Source of the DNA: Reclinomonas americana ATCC 50394
Taxonomy: Eukaryota
NCBI GenBank assembly: GCA_048213135.1
Contig: AFZH01020179.1
Coordinates: 1-56,527, forward strand
Direction: 5' to 3'
DNA: 56,527 nucleotides
Part shown: positions 48,659-56,527 of the stretch, piece by piece
Layout of the letters: each line of letters begins with the position of its first letter
Position numbering within the stretch: position 1 is the stretch's first letter
The notes under the pieces: generated by a model
The model's database searches: none
Told to the model about the DNA's origin: nothing
Seen by the model: the letters and a program-made list of their open reading frames with translations, nothing else
Translations under genes and position numbers: made by a program

Positions 48659-49611
48659 TCCGCGCCATCGTGCTGGCCTGGCTGCTGCCGCTTCTGGGGG
48701 CGGCGCCCGTCGCCGCAGCCGAGCGCGACGTCTACTTCGTGGCGATCGGCTCATCCAATTACGTCGATCCCGGCGACGCGACGCTTCGAGGCTTTGGCCG
48801 TATCCTGGGCGCGAACAAGAGCGCCAGGGCGGTTGGCGATCTGCTGACCCAGAGGGGGGGCCGCGCGGGCGTCGTGCTGACCGCGCCCAAGGATGGATAC
48901 GTCAGCGCGCAGGATATGAGACGCGCGTTGGACGAGATCGGAAAGATCCTCGCCAAGGACAGGCCCAAGTCGCCTTTCCTGATCGCATACATCGCCAGTC
49001 ACGGCGTGTCCGAGGGGTTCGCCTGGTCCCATTTTTCGATACCGGGCGACGTGGTCTTCCGCCGCGCCGAGAACGGATTGACCATGGATCAGATGATGCA
49101 GGGCGGCGTCAGCGCCGCCGAACTGGTCGACGTCTTGGACAAGCTCAAGGTCCCGTACCTGTTGCTTCTCGACAGCTGCTACGAGGGCAAGGCGGCGGTG
49201 CTTGAAAGTCCGGTCCTGTCGCCGGCCGCCTCGCAATCCTTGGCAGGCATCGGCGCAGTCCTGCGTCAGATCAACATGTTCGAACAGGCGAGCCCCGTCG
49301 TCTATTCGACGACCCCGGGCCAATTGGTCTCAACCGTGCCAGATCCGCGCCAGGGGAACGCCGACGCCGTCGCTCCGATCGCGCGCAGACTGTTGATCGT
49401 GTTCGCTCGGCCCGATCATCCAAGGACGCTGGGAGCCCTGCTGAAGGCGGTTGTCGATCCGGGCCTGGACACGCTCACCGGGCCACCCGTCACGCACGCC
49501 AAGGCCGCGGGGTTCTGGAACGACACCCTCTTCAAGGCACCCGACGCGACCGCGCGGGTCGATGTGCGACAAGGCACGGCGGATAAGCCGAGCGTCTGCT
49601 GCGGCGGATAG
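48655..49611 (+). CDS. Caspase-family (C14) peptidase with signal peptide
   Basis: VAIGSSNY, ASHG and LLDSC catalytic dyad motifs. Confidence 0.75.
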   Translation: MIRAIVLAWLLPLLGAAPVAAAERDVYFVAIGSSNYVDPGDATLRGFGRILGANKSARAVGDLLTQRGGRAGVVLTAPKDGYVSAQDMRRALDEIGKILAKDRPKSPFLIAYIASHGVSEGFAWSHFSIPGDVVFRRAENGLTMDQMMQGGVSAAELVDVLDKLKVPYLLLLDSCYEGKAAVLESPVLSPAASQSLAGIGAVLRQINMFEQASPVVYSTTPGQLVSTVPDPRQGNADAVAPIARRLLIVFARPDHPRTLGALLKAVVDPGLDTLTGPPVTHAKAAGFWNDTLFKAPDATARVDVRQGTADKPSVCCGG

Positions 49612-49647
49612 CCGACTAAATGGCGCTGGCTCTCTCACCTGTTGTTC

Positions 49648-49686
49648 AATGTCCCGTTTCCAGAGGTGCGCCAAGGTCGGCTCCTG
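49648..49686 (+). repeat. Conserved intergenic bipartite motif, copy 3, left part (interrupted by IS110; right part GGCGC resumes at 51034)
   Basis: AATGTCCCGTTTCCAGAGGTGCGCC-AAGGTCGGCTCCT|GGCGCGG after removing the IS. Confidence 0.75.
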
Positions 49687-49747
49687 ATGCCGTGGACGGC
49701 TCCCCACCCAGGTCGCAGGCTATGTGCGGCCGTAATGGAGGAGCGCC

Positions 49748-50776
49748 ATGGAAGAGGTGGTCACGGTGGGATTGGACATCGCCAAGTCGGTGTTTCGGGT
49801 CCACGGAGTCGATGCTGCGGGCCATGTGGTCGTGCAGCGCAAGCTCACGCGAGCGAAGCTTATCCCGTTCTTTGAGAAGCTGCCGCGCTGTCGGGTGGGG
49901 ATTGAGGCCTGCGCCACAGCACATCACTGGGGTCGCCGGCTGACTGAGCTGGGCCACGAGGTGAAGCTGATGCCGCCTTCCTACGTGAAGCCCTATGTGA
50001 AGCGGCAGAAGAACGACGCGGCTGATGCCGAGGCGATTTGCGAAGCTGTGACCCGGCCGACGATGCGTTTTGTCGAGGTGAAGGCCCCCGAGCAGCAGAG
50101 CGTGCTGGTGATCCATCGAACTCGGATGACCCTGATGCGTCACCGGATCGAGCTTTCCAACACGATCCGGGCTCACCTAGCCGAGTTTGGCCTGGTGGCT
50201 CCGATCGGCCGGATGGGGCTGCAGAGCCTGGTAGAGATCATTCGCGACGAGACCGATGAGCGGGTGCCGGTGAGCGCGCGGATCTGCCTGAAGTTGCTGG
50301 CTGACCAACTCGACCTGGTGAACCGCCAGGCGCTGGAGACCGATCGACTGACCCTAGCGAGCGCGCGGGCGAGCGATGTGGGCCGCCGGCTGATGGCCGT
50401 TCCCGGCATCGGCCCCGTGCTCGCTAGCGCAATCGTGGCCAGCGTGCCGGATCCACACGCCTTCAAGTCTGGTCGAAACCTATCGGCCTGGATCGGCCTC
50501 GTGCCCAAGCAAAACTCAAGCGGCGGTAAGGAGCGGCTCGGCGGCATCACCAAGCAGGGCAACAGATATCTGCGCCAGCTGTTGGTGGTCGGCGCGCTCG
50601 CCGTTATCCGCTACGCCGAACGACACGGGTCGAGGCGACCCTGGCTCCTGCAGCTGATGGCGCGGCGGACCACGAAGGTCGCCGCGGTGGCGCTGGCCAA
50701 CAAGAACGCCCGCATGATCTGGGCGATCATGACCAGCGGCGAGGCCTATCGAGAGCCGCAGCTGCAAGCCGCGTAG
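49748..50776 (+). CDS. IS110-family transposase/recombinase
   Basis: GLDIAK, IEAC, KNDAADA (DEDD) and SSGGK motifs. Confidence 0.95.
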   Translation: MEEVVTVGLDIAKSVFRVHGVDAAGHVVVQRKLTRAKLIPFFEKLPRCRVGIEACATAHHWGRRLTELGHEVKLMPPSYVKPYVKRQKNDAADAEAICEAVTRPTMRFVEVKAPEQQSVLVIHRTRMTLMRHRIELSNTIRAHLAEFGLVAPIGRMGLQSLVEIIRDETDERVPVSARICLKLLADQLDLVNRQALETDRLTLASARASDVGRRLMAVPGIGPVLASAIVASVPDPHAFKSGRNLSAWIGLVPKQNSSGGKERLGGITKQGNRYLRQLLVVGALAVIRYAERHGSRRPWLLQLMARRTTKVAAVALANKNARMIWAIMTSGEAYREPQLQAA

Positions 50777-50829
50777 AGATCAGGCGCCAACGGCGTCGGA
50801 CCAGTTTGGGAAGGGCGACGAAGGAGTGA

Positions 50830-51000
50830 TGTGATCCGGTCGAACCGGGAAGCGGGAAAACCCAACGCGCCATCGTGCTTCAAAGCACGTGCTTTTGGTC
50901 GGGACCTAGCTTCGCGGAGGGCATCATGGCCAGCGGCCCATGCGCCGCACCAACAGGTCGAAGACATGGCCGCACCGACCAGCTGTCACAGAACTCTCAG
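50830..51000 (+). ncRNA. Predicted seek/bridge RNA of the IS1111-type element (ends approximate)
   Basis: Four 7-nt segments match the target and donor junctions (50866-72, 50891-97, 50920-26, 50962-68), with internal hairpins between each pair. Confidence 0.6.
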
Positions 51001-51285
51001 ATCAACCTTGCCAACGGGGAGCCGTCCAGACATGGCGCGGATCGCCCGTCGAGCCGTACCCGTCGCGCGATGGGGCAAAAGGGAGAGCCGCCTAACCTGT
51101 GACGGACCAAGTCAGAGCGTAGGCGTCGCTCGGCCCAGCGGCTTCGTCGAGTTGAGGGTGTGCCTCCCAGTTTGCCAGTGTCGGCTCGTCGCTAAGACCC
51201 GTTTTGCTGAGAACAGCAGCCAACGCTGCGTTGTTGGGGTGGCAGGTCACTGCGAGCTGGCCCCGGGGACGCTCCCCGCCGGCGC

Positions 51286-52446
51286 CTAGAGATCGATGCT
51301 GACAGGCCCTTCCGTAACGGTCGCGCCCATGGCCTTAAGCCGCGCCACCACGTCGCCGATGTCGTGCTCGGCCGGCGTGTAGGTCTTGTGCAGCGCATCG
51401 CGGTACTTGCGGTGCGTCTGCTGGATGTGATCGACCGAATAGGTCAGGTGCAGGGTGAAGTTTGGAGATGCGGCCCGAACCTCGGCGATCATTTCCAGCG
51501 TCGCGCGGTCGGGGTTTCCGAACTTGCCGTCGCCTGAAGCGACGTAGTGACGAGCCGGCAGTCGCGCGAAGAAGTCCTTGTCGACGTTGCGAATGCTGCC
51601 GTGGTGCGGCAGCTTCAGGATGTCGAGCGCGAGCGCGCCGTGGGGCGACAAAAGTCCGGCCGCTTCGAGGCCCTTGAGAATCTTGTCACCCCGGGCGTCG
51701 CCGGTGAGCAACGTCTTGCGGCCTTGCCAGTCAACCAGGGCGACGATGCTGGAAAGGTTGGGCACGGACTTGTCCGCATAGGCGGCGAAGGCCTTGCGCG
51801 CGTCCGCCGACTGGGTGGCCTCCCACTTGGCCCATTCGGCGCGCAGCTTGTCGATGTCATCCTGCAGCGGACCCAGGATGACGAACTTCGCCTGGCCGAC
51901 CGAGAAGCCCATGGGGGGATGGGCTGAGCGGAAGATGTCGCCGCTGGGGGTGGCGTCGAGATTGATCGGGATCCCCAACCCCTTGGCCAATGTGCGCAGG
52001 GCCGCGCCATTTTCGATGCTGGCGAAGATCTCCGCCGCCTCGCCCATGTCATCGGCTCCTTGGCTAGCCGAGAGGCTGGCGAAGGCGCTGGCGGGGGCGC
52101 CCGCGGCGTGGCCCGAGCCCTTGGCCAGACCTTGGAAGCTGTTGTGGATCAGCTTTTCGATGCGAACCGCGCGCGGCTGATGAGCATCGACCGAGGCCCT
52201 TATGCTTGTGAAGAGGTCGACGAGACCGACCACATGGTCGTCATCGACGTGACTGACCATGACCGCGTCGAGCACCAGCGGTCCGCCGGCGGGCTTGAGC
52301 GACTGAAGCTTGGCCTTGAGCGCGCCGGCATAGACGCCGCTGGGTCCCCCATCGATCAGCATCCGCCGAACCGCGCCTTGATCCGGAATGGTCAGCAGCA
52401 GGCTGTCGCCGAACTTGGCCGGCAGGGCTTCGAACCTCATGCTCAT
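51286..52446 (-). CDS. MBL-fold metallo-hydrolase (ComEC/Rec2-like, putative nuclease)
   Basis: GDSLLL, LIDGG, SHVDDDH, N.SSIV, LLTGD, KLPHHGS motifs. ATGA overlap with the S8 stop. Confidence 0.85.
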   Translation of the reverse strand: MSMRFEALPAKFGDSLLLTIPDQGAVRRMLIDGGPSGVYAGALKAKLQSLKPAGGPLVLDAVMVSHVDDDHVVGLVDLFTSIRASVDAHQPRAVRIEKLIHNSFQGLAKGSGHAAGAPASAFASLSASQGADDMGEAAEIFASIENGAALRTLAKGLGIPINLDATPSGDIFRSAHPPMGFSVGQAKFVILGPLQDDIDKLRAEWAKWEATQSADARKAFAAYADKSVPNLSSIVALVDWQGRKTLLTGDARGDKILKGLEAAGLLSPHGALALDILKLPHHGSIRNVDKDFFARLPARHYVASGDGKFGNPDRATLEMIAEVRAASPNFTLHLTYSVDHIQQTHRKYRDALHKTYTPAEHDIGDVVARLKAMGATVTEGPVSIDL

Positions 52447-54290
52447 CTCCATTGCAGCGCACGAAGCGCGTCGACCAGTCCCGCGCCCTGAAAGGCGCGT
52501 TCGCGCCGCAGGTCCGTGGCCGTGGCCATCAGGGTGTTCTTGATCTCGAAAGGGTCGCCCACCAGTTCGATGCGACGGGCCATCAGCAGAGCGGCCACGC
52601 CGCTGACATGCGGTGCGGCCATGCTCGTGCCGTCTAGCTGACCTTGCTTCTCGTCGGGCAGGGGGCCGTCGATCTTTTCGCCCGGGGCCACGAGGTCGGG
52701 TTTCATACGGCCATCGCCGGTCGGTCCGCGCGAGGAGAAAAAGCTCACCCCATAAGTCATCGGGCGCTCGCGATGGGTCGCGCCGACCGTGATCACCGAC
52801 TCCGCATTGCCTGGATCCATAATCGAGGCCGAAGCATAGCCCTCGTAGCTGCGCTGCTCGCTGAGCAGGAAGCTCTGCCAGCCTTCGTTACCGGCGGCTG
52901 CGACCACCACCACGCCGTTGTCCACCAGCGTATCGCAAGCCACGCAAACCGGCGTCTGACCGCAGGCCCAGTTGCGCACATCGTGCTTCATGCCGATGCT
53001 CAGATTGACGCCATGGACCACGCGATAGCGGTTGCGGTTGTTGAGCCAGGCGATGAACTCCAAGGCGCCGATGACGCCGAACTCGGTCTCATCGCGCGTG
53101 TCGCCCAACACCCTGAGGTCCAGGAGCCGCAGATCCGGGCAAACCCCGACCAAGTCAGCTTCCGGCCAATGCCCGGCCAGAACGCCGGCGACGTGGGTGC
53201 CATGCGGTTCGCGCGGCCGTGTCTCGGGGGCGATGCGCAGCAGCGGTTCCAGCAGCGTCCAGCTGAAGGGCCGTTCCTGCTGGGCGTCCCGGCGCATCTG
53301 CTCCAGAAGCTCTGCGGCGGTCAGGTCCGGCATGGCGTCGTGGCTGGCGTTGGCGGCTGGCGGAGCGTCTTGTCGCCACCGGGCGATATCGGCTTCCAGC
53401 GCTTGGAAGGGCGCACTGCTCGGCTCCAGGAGGATGTCGTAGCTGGTCAGGCGTCGCAGGCGCGAGAAGTCGTAGGCGCCGACGATGCGGTGGGCGTCGA
53501 GGTTTTCCGGATCGCGAAAGGAAGGATGGGTGGCGTCTATCCCGGAGTCGACGACTGCCCAGAGCAGGTCGCGACAGCCGGCCTCGAACACTCGGCGCGC
53601 GGCGTCAGCCTTGATGGTGCGGATGGAGGCGGCGCCGAGCGGTTGGGCTTGCCGGTTCAGCGTGGCGCGGCGAAAGACCGGGCGCGGCCTCTCGCGCGCT
53701 TGGGTGGTGGTGCGCCATCCCAGCTCGGAGAATATCACGGCGGCGACGCCATCGGCCCGACGCATGGCCACGGCGGCCTGGCCCGCCGTGGCCACTGGCC
53801 GGTCGAAATGACGCGCGTGCAGGATCAAGGTGGCCAGGGCGCTGAGGCGTTCTTGGCGATCGGGCGCGTGCTCGCGCGCCTCATGGCGTCGATTGCTCTC
53901 CAGGGGCTCGATCCGCTCGAGCACTTCGGCGGCGGCGTCGGTGGTGAGAACGTTGATCTCGAGTCCGATCAGGGGGGCAAGCGCGAACAAGAGTTCGTCG
54001 AAAGCCAGATTGGCGGCCACGAACCCCTGCAGCGGCGAGACATGCGCGGCCGGTCGCGCGCTGTCGGGTTCTCGATAGTGGCGCAGGTTCTCGGCTAGAG
54101 CCATGGCCGCGCGGGGCGGCGTGGTGGTCTCGGCCGGCGACAAGAGCAGAGAGACCCGATCCTCGGGTTGTGCGGCGAACGCCGCCCACACGTCGGTCAG
54201 GATCGAGACGTCATGGACCAGCCGCAACCCCGAACGTGCGTCATGCAGCAGGCGCTCGACAAGGGAGCGGGCGACAACGGCGTCAGACAA
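52443..54290 (-). CDS. S8 subtilisin-like serine peptidase, no signal peptide
   Basis: VVDSGID, HGTHVAG, AAGN, GTSMAAPHVSG triad motifs. Confidence 0.92.
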   Translation of the reverse strand: MSDAVVARSLVERLLHDARSGLRLVHDVSILTDVWAAFAAQPEDRVSLLLSPAETTTPPRAAMALAENLRHYREPDSARPAAHVSPLQGFVAANLAFDELLFALAPLIGLEINVLTTDAAAEVLERIEPLESNRRHEAREHAPDRQERLSALATLILHARHFDRPVATAGQAAVAMRRADGVAAVIFSELGWRTTTQARERPRPVFRRATLNRQAQPLGAASIRTIKADAARRVFEAGCRDLLWAVVDSGIDATHPSFRDPENLDAHRIVGAYDFSRLRRLTSYDILLEPSSAPFQALEADIARWRQDAPPAANASHDAMPDLTAAELLEQMRRDAQQERPFSWTLLEPLLRIAPETRPREPHGTHVAGVLAGHWPEADLVGVCPDLRLLDLRVLGDTRDETEFGVIGALEFIAWLNNRNRYRVVHGVNLSIGMKHDVRNWACGQTPVCVACDTLVDNGVVVVAAAGNEGWQSFLLSEQRSYEGYASASIMDPGNAESVITVGATHRERPMTYGVSFFSSRGPTGDGRMKPDLVAPGEKIDGPLPDEKQGQLDGTSMAAPHVSGVAALLMARRIELVGDPFEIKNTLMATATDLRRERAFQGAGLVDALRALQWR

Positions 54291-54305
54291 GCAAAACGCT
54301 CCGCA

Positions 54306-55190
54306 TCAAGGCAAGCCCAGAACATAGGCGATGGCTGGAGCGTTAACGCCGTAGTTGGTGTTGGCGCCAACCAGGGTGTGCACGTTGATGCCCACCAAGG
54401 CGCCAGTGGTGACGTCGAAAATGCCGCCGCCCGACATCTTGTTGTAGGAGTTGATGCGGTGAGCAAACACGCCGTGGCTTTGTGGTGAGCCCGAATTGAC
54501 GATCGCTCCGATCGTGGCGCGCAAGCTCACCACGTTGGTGACCAAGGCGCCATTGGGGAGCCGAACGCCAAAGACCTTGATGTCTTGCGGCGGCGGATTT
54601 TGCAGCTCGACCGGGTCTGGAGCGCCGACCAGGGCCGCGTTGCTGTTTGGCGTAGGGGCGGCCAAGGCCGTGGGCGCCACGCCTTGGGGGAGGGTGAAGC
54701 CAGGAGGCGGATGAGGCAGGGGCATCAGGGCCACGTCCAGGCCCGGCGCGGTCTTGATCGGCGCGCCAGTGATGCGCAGCCCGGGAAAATGATCGAGCTG
54801 CGCCAGGGTGAGAAACTGGCCGTTGCGCCCGACCGCGTCGAAGAACACCCAGGCGTCCGGATGACTGACATGCTGTGCGGCCGCGCCCGGCGCTATCAAG
54901 ACGCTGGCCACGTGCCCGGCGGTGAGCATCAGGCCGTTGGCCAAGAGGACCCCCGAGCCCGCCAGCGCCCACGCGCCGGTCTGAGGCTCGCGGACGGCAA
55001 AGATGAGAGCCGACGTGGCCGCTGTATGGCCCGCGGCGGTCGACAAGAACGGCCCAATCGGAAAGTGGCTCGTCTGAATAGGGTGCAAGGGGGCCGGGCC
55101 CAGTATGCCGTTGGCCCAGACCAAGGCTGGCGCGGCTTCGGGGGTGACGACCGCCGCAAGAACCTGATTGACGGTCTCCTGGTCGCTCAT
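54306..55190 (-). CDS. Trypsin-like serine peptidase
   Basis: GSGVLL..LTAGHV, DVAL, MSGGGIF triad. ATGA overlap with the upstream gene. Confidence 0.75.
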   Translation of the reverse strand: MSDQETVNQVLAAVVTPEAAPALVWANGILGPAPLHPIQTSHFPIGPFLSTAAGHTAATSALIFAVREPQTGAWALAGSGVLLANGLMLTAGHVASVLIAPGAAAQHVSHPDAWVFFDAVGRNGQFLTLAQLDHFPGLRITGAPIKTAPGLDVALMPLPHPPPGFTLPQGVAPTALAAPTPNSNAALVGAPDPVELQNPPPQDIKVFGVRLPNGALVTNVVSLRATIGAIVNSGSPQSHGVFAHRINSYNKMSGGGIFDVTTGALVGINVHTLVGANTNYGVNAPAIAYVLGLP

Positions 55191-56401
55191 TTGAGCTCGT
55201 ATTCGGCCTTCTTGGCCGCGTCGTAGGCTTCGATCAGGGTTTTCGCGCTGGCGGCGGCGTTGGCCACGGCGTCGGCTGCGTCGCTCCACTTGATTTTGTC
55301 GTTGGCGAAATCGACGAGCTTGCTGTTGGCCCTCTCCAGGTCGTTGACCGCATCCAGAACGCTGGGCGGATCAAGCTGGGCGTCGACAGCGCGGATAGCC
55401 TCGATGACGCCTTGCTCCTGCTTTTCGAGCTTGGCGTAGTAGTCGATCCGTCCAGTGCTGGTCGCCGCTGCGCTGGCGTAGTTGTAGGCGGCCAGGCGCG
55501 CTCCGGCATAGCGGGCGTAGGCGATGTTGGCGCTGGCCCAGCGCGCGTAGATGAGCTTGCGGTCCCAGGAAGTCAGCAACCCCTTGCTGCGGCCAAGGCA
55601 GGGCCAAATCGGCCGCTCGATGGTCTCGTAGTCGAAGCCGCCGGGCGTTCTGGGCCGGCTTGTCGCGCAAAGAGCCTGGGCCGTGGCGTCGCTCTTCTTG
55701 AGGGCGGCGATCATCACCGAGGAGCGCGCCTCGACGTCGCTGGTGGCCTCGGCTTGGCGGACATAGGCCTTGGCGCGATCGACCCGGACCTTTTCCTCGG
55801 CCAGCAGCGAGGCCTGGACCAGGAACTTGTAGGCCGCGCCGATCAGGCTGAGCACCGGGACGGCGTCGCCGAGCGTCGACTCGTTTTGGCTCGCCAGCGC
55901 TTTGGCGAACTCGGGGTCGATCAGTTCGCCGACGTCGGCCAGGCATTTGTTGCGGAAGACCGACGCGGCTTCGGGCGCGCTCACCCCGGGCGGGGCCTTG
56001 CGCGCGAAGCTTCCAAAGGCCCCGCTGAGCGTCTTTTCCGGCGCCTTGGACACCTTGCCCAGCGCCTTGCCATAGCCGCTCAACGCCGAGAGCCTGGCTT
56101 GATCAAAGCGCGTGTCCGCGGCCGGATCGCAAACCAGCACAGCGAAATCGGCGCGCATCTTGGCCTCATCGATCAGGTCGGCGACGGGCGCGGCGGCCAG
56201 TGACAGGTTGAGGGCGCCGTTAAGGATCACCCGCCGGCGTCCGTCGCGATAGGCGGCGGCCTGGAGGTCGCCGGCAGCAGACAGGCTGGTCACTGCGTCG
56301 GTATAGGCCTTGACGTTGGTCTCAAGGCTGGGGCCCTGCCCAAAGCCGGCGCAGGCCGAAAGCACCACGCTGGACATAACAATGGCGACGCTACGCTTCA
56401 T
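55187..56401 (-). CDS. Helical lipoprotein of unknown function
   Basis: MKRSVAIVMSSVVLSAC lipobox, CAGGAG RBS. Confidence 0.75.
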   Translation of the reverse strand: MKRSVAIVMSSVVLSACAGFGQGPSLETNVKAYTDAVTSLSAAGDLQAAAYRDGRRRVILNGALNLSLAAAPVADLIDEAKMRADFAVLVCDPAADTRFDQARLSALSGYGKALGKVSKAPEKTLSGAFGSFARKAPPGVSAPEAASVFRNKCLADVGELIDPEFAKALASQNESTLGDAVPVLSLIGAAYKFLVQASLLAEEKVRVDRAKAYVRQAEATSDVEARSSVMIAALKKSDATAQALCATSRPRTPGGFDYETIERPIWPCLGRSKGLLTSWDRKLIYARWASANIAYARYAGARLAAYNYASAAATSTGRIDYYAKLEKQEQGVIEAIRAVDAQLDPPSVLDAVNDLERANSKLVDFANDKIKWSDAADAVANAAASAKTLIEAYDAAKKAEYELK

Positions 56402-56509
56402 GACCAACTCCTGCTTATGGGGCGAACTGGAACGAAACGCAGGCATAAGTAGAGCAGAGCTCGGCCATAAGCGCCAGTGCTTTTCAGTGGGCTGCTAACA
56501 AGGGGTCCC

Positions 56510-56527
56510 AACGGCCGCTTCTGGCGC
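56510..56527 (+). repeat. Conserved intergenic motif, copy 4 (right block only, at window edge)
   Basis: AACGGCCGCTTCTGGCGC. The upstream AATGTC block is not conserved. Confidence 0.65.

Larger units (their letters stand above)
49687..51034 (+). mobile_element. IS110-family element, IS1111 subgroup
   Basis: 13-bp subterminal IRs TGGACGGCTCCCC (49693-49705) / GGGGAGCCGTCCA (51016-51028); TG core at both junctions; long 3' non-coding end. Confidence 0.88.

Noticed and set aside
38160-56527. Classical integron with attC sites, or a CRISPR array
   Set aside because: I saw no RYYYAAC...GTTRRRY palindromic attC sites. The repeats are kilobases apart and degenerate, and no cas genes are present.

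Overview
GC-rich accessory DNA, probably from an alphaproteobacterium (MucR/Ros gene, alphaproteobacterial-type IS elements). It has two halves. (1) About 2.3-33.2 kb is a natural-product gene cluster that I cannot match to a known pathway. It contains an unannotated 51-aa precursor-like peptide gene (9070-9225) followed by a perfect hairpin, and three M3 metallopeptidases. Tailoring genes include two Fe/2OG oxygenases, a P450, an LLM monooxygenase, an SDR, a SnoaL-like protein, methyltransferases and a class III aminotransferase. A FAAL, a single-module TE-less type I PKS, a stand-alone condensation domain and a PPTase form an acyl-building unit. Three candidate self-resistance genes are present: a pentapeptide-repeat protein, a TetA-like MFS and an OtrA/TetM-like GTPase. 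The cluster is bracketed by outward-facing right ends of the same IS3-family element. (2) About 37.5-56.5 kb holds a truncated tyrosine recombinase that points away from four unrelated conflict/defence-like transcription units. Each unit is separated from the next by a conserved, co-oriented bipartite DNA motif ending in TGGCGY, an integron-like cassette layout without classical attC sites. An IS1111-type IS110 element sits exactly in one motif copy, and its non-coding end carries guide-like segments matching that motif. Family assignments rest on motif recognition by eye; no searches were run.
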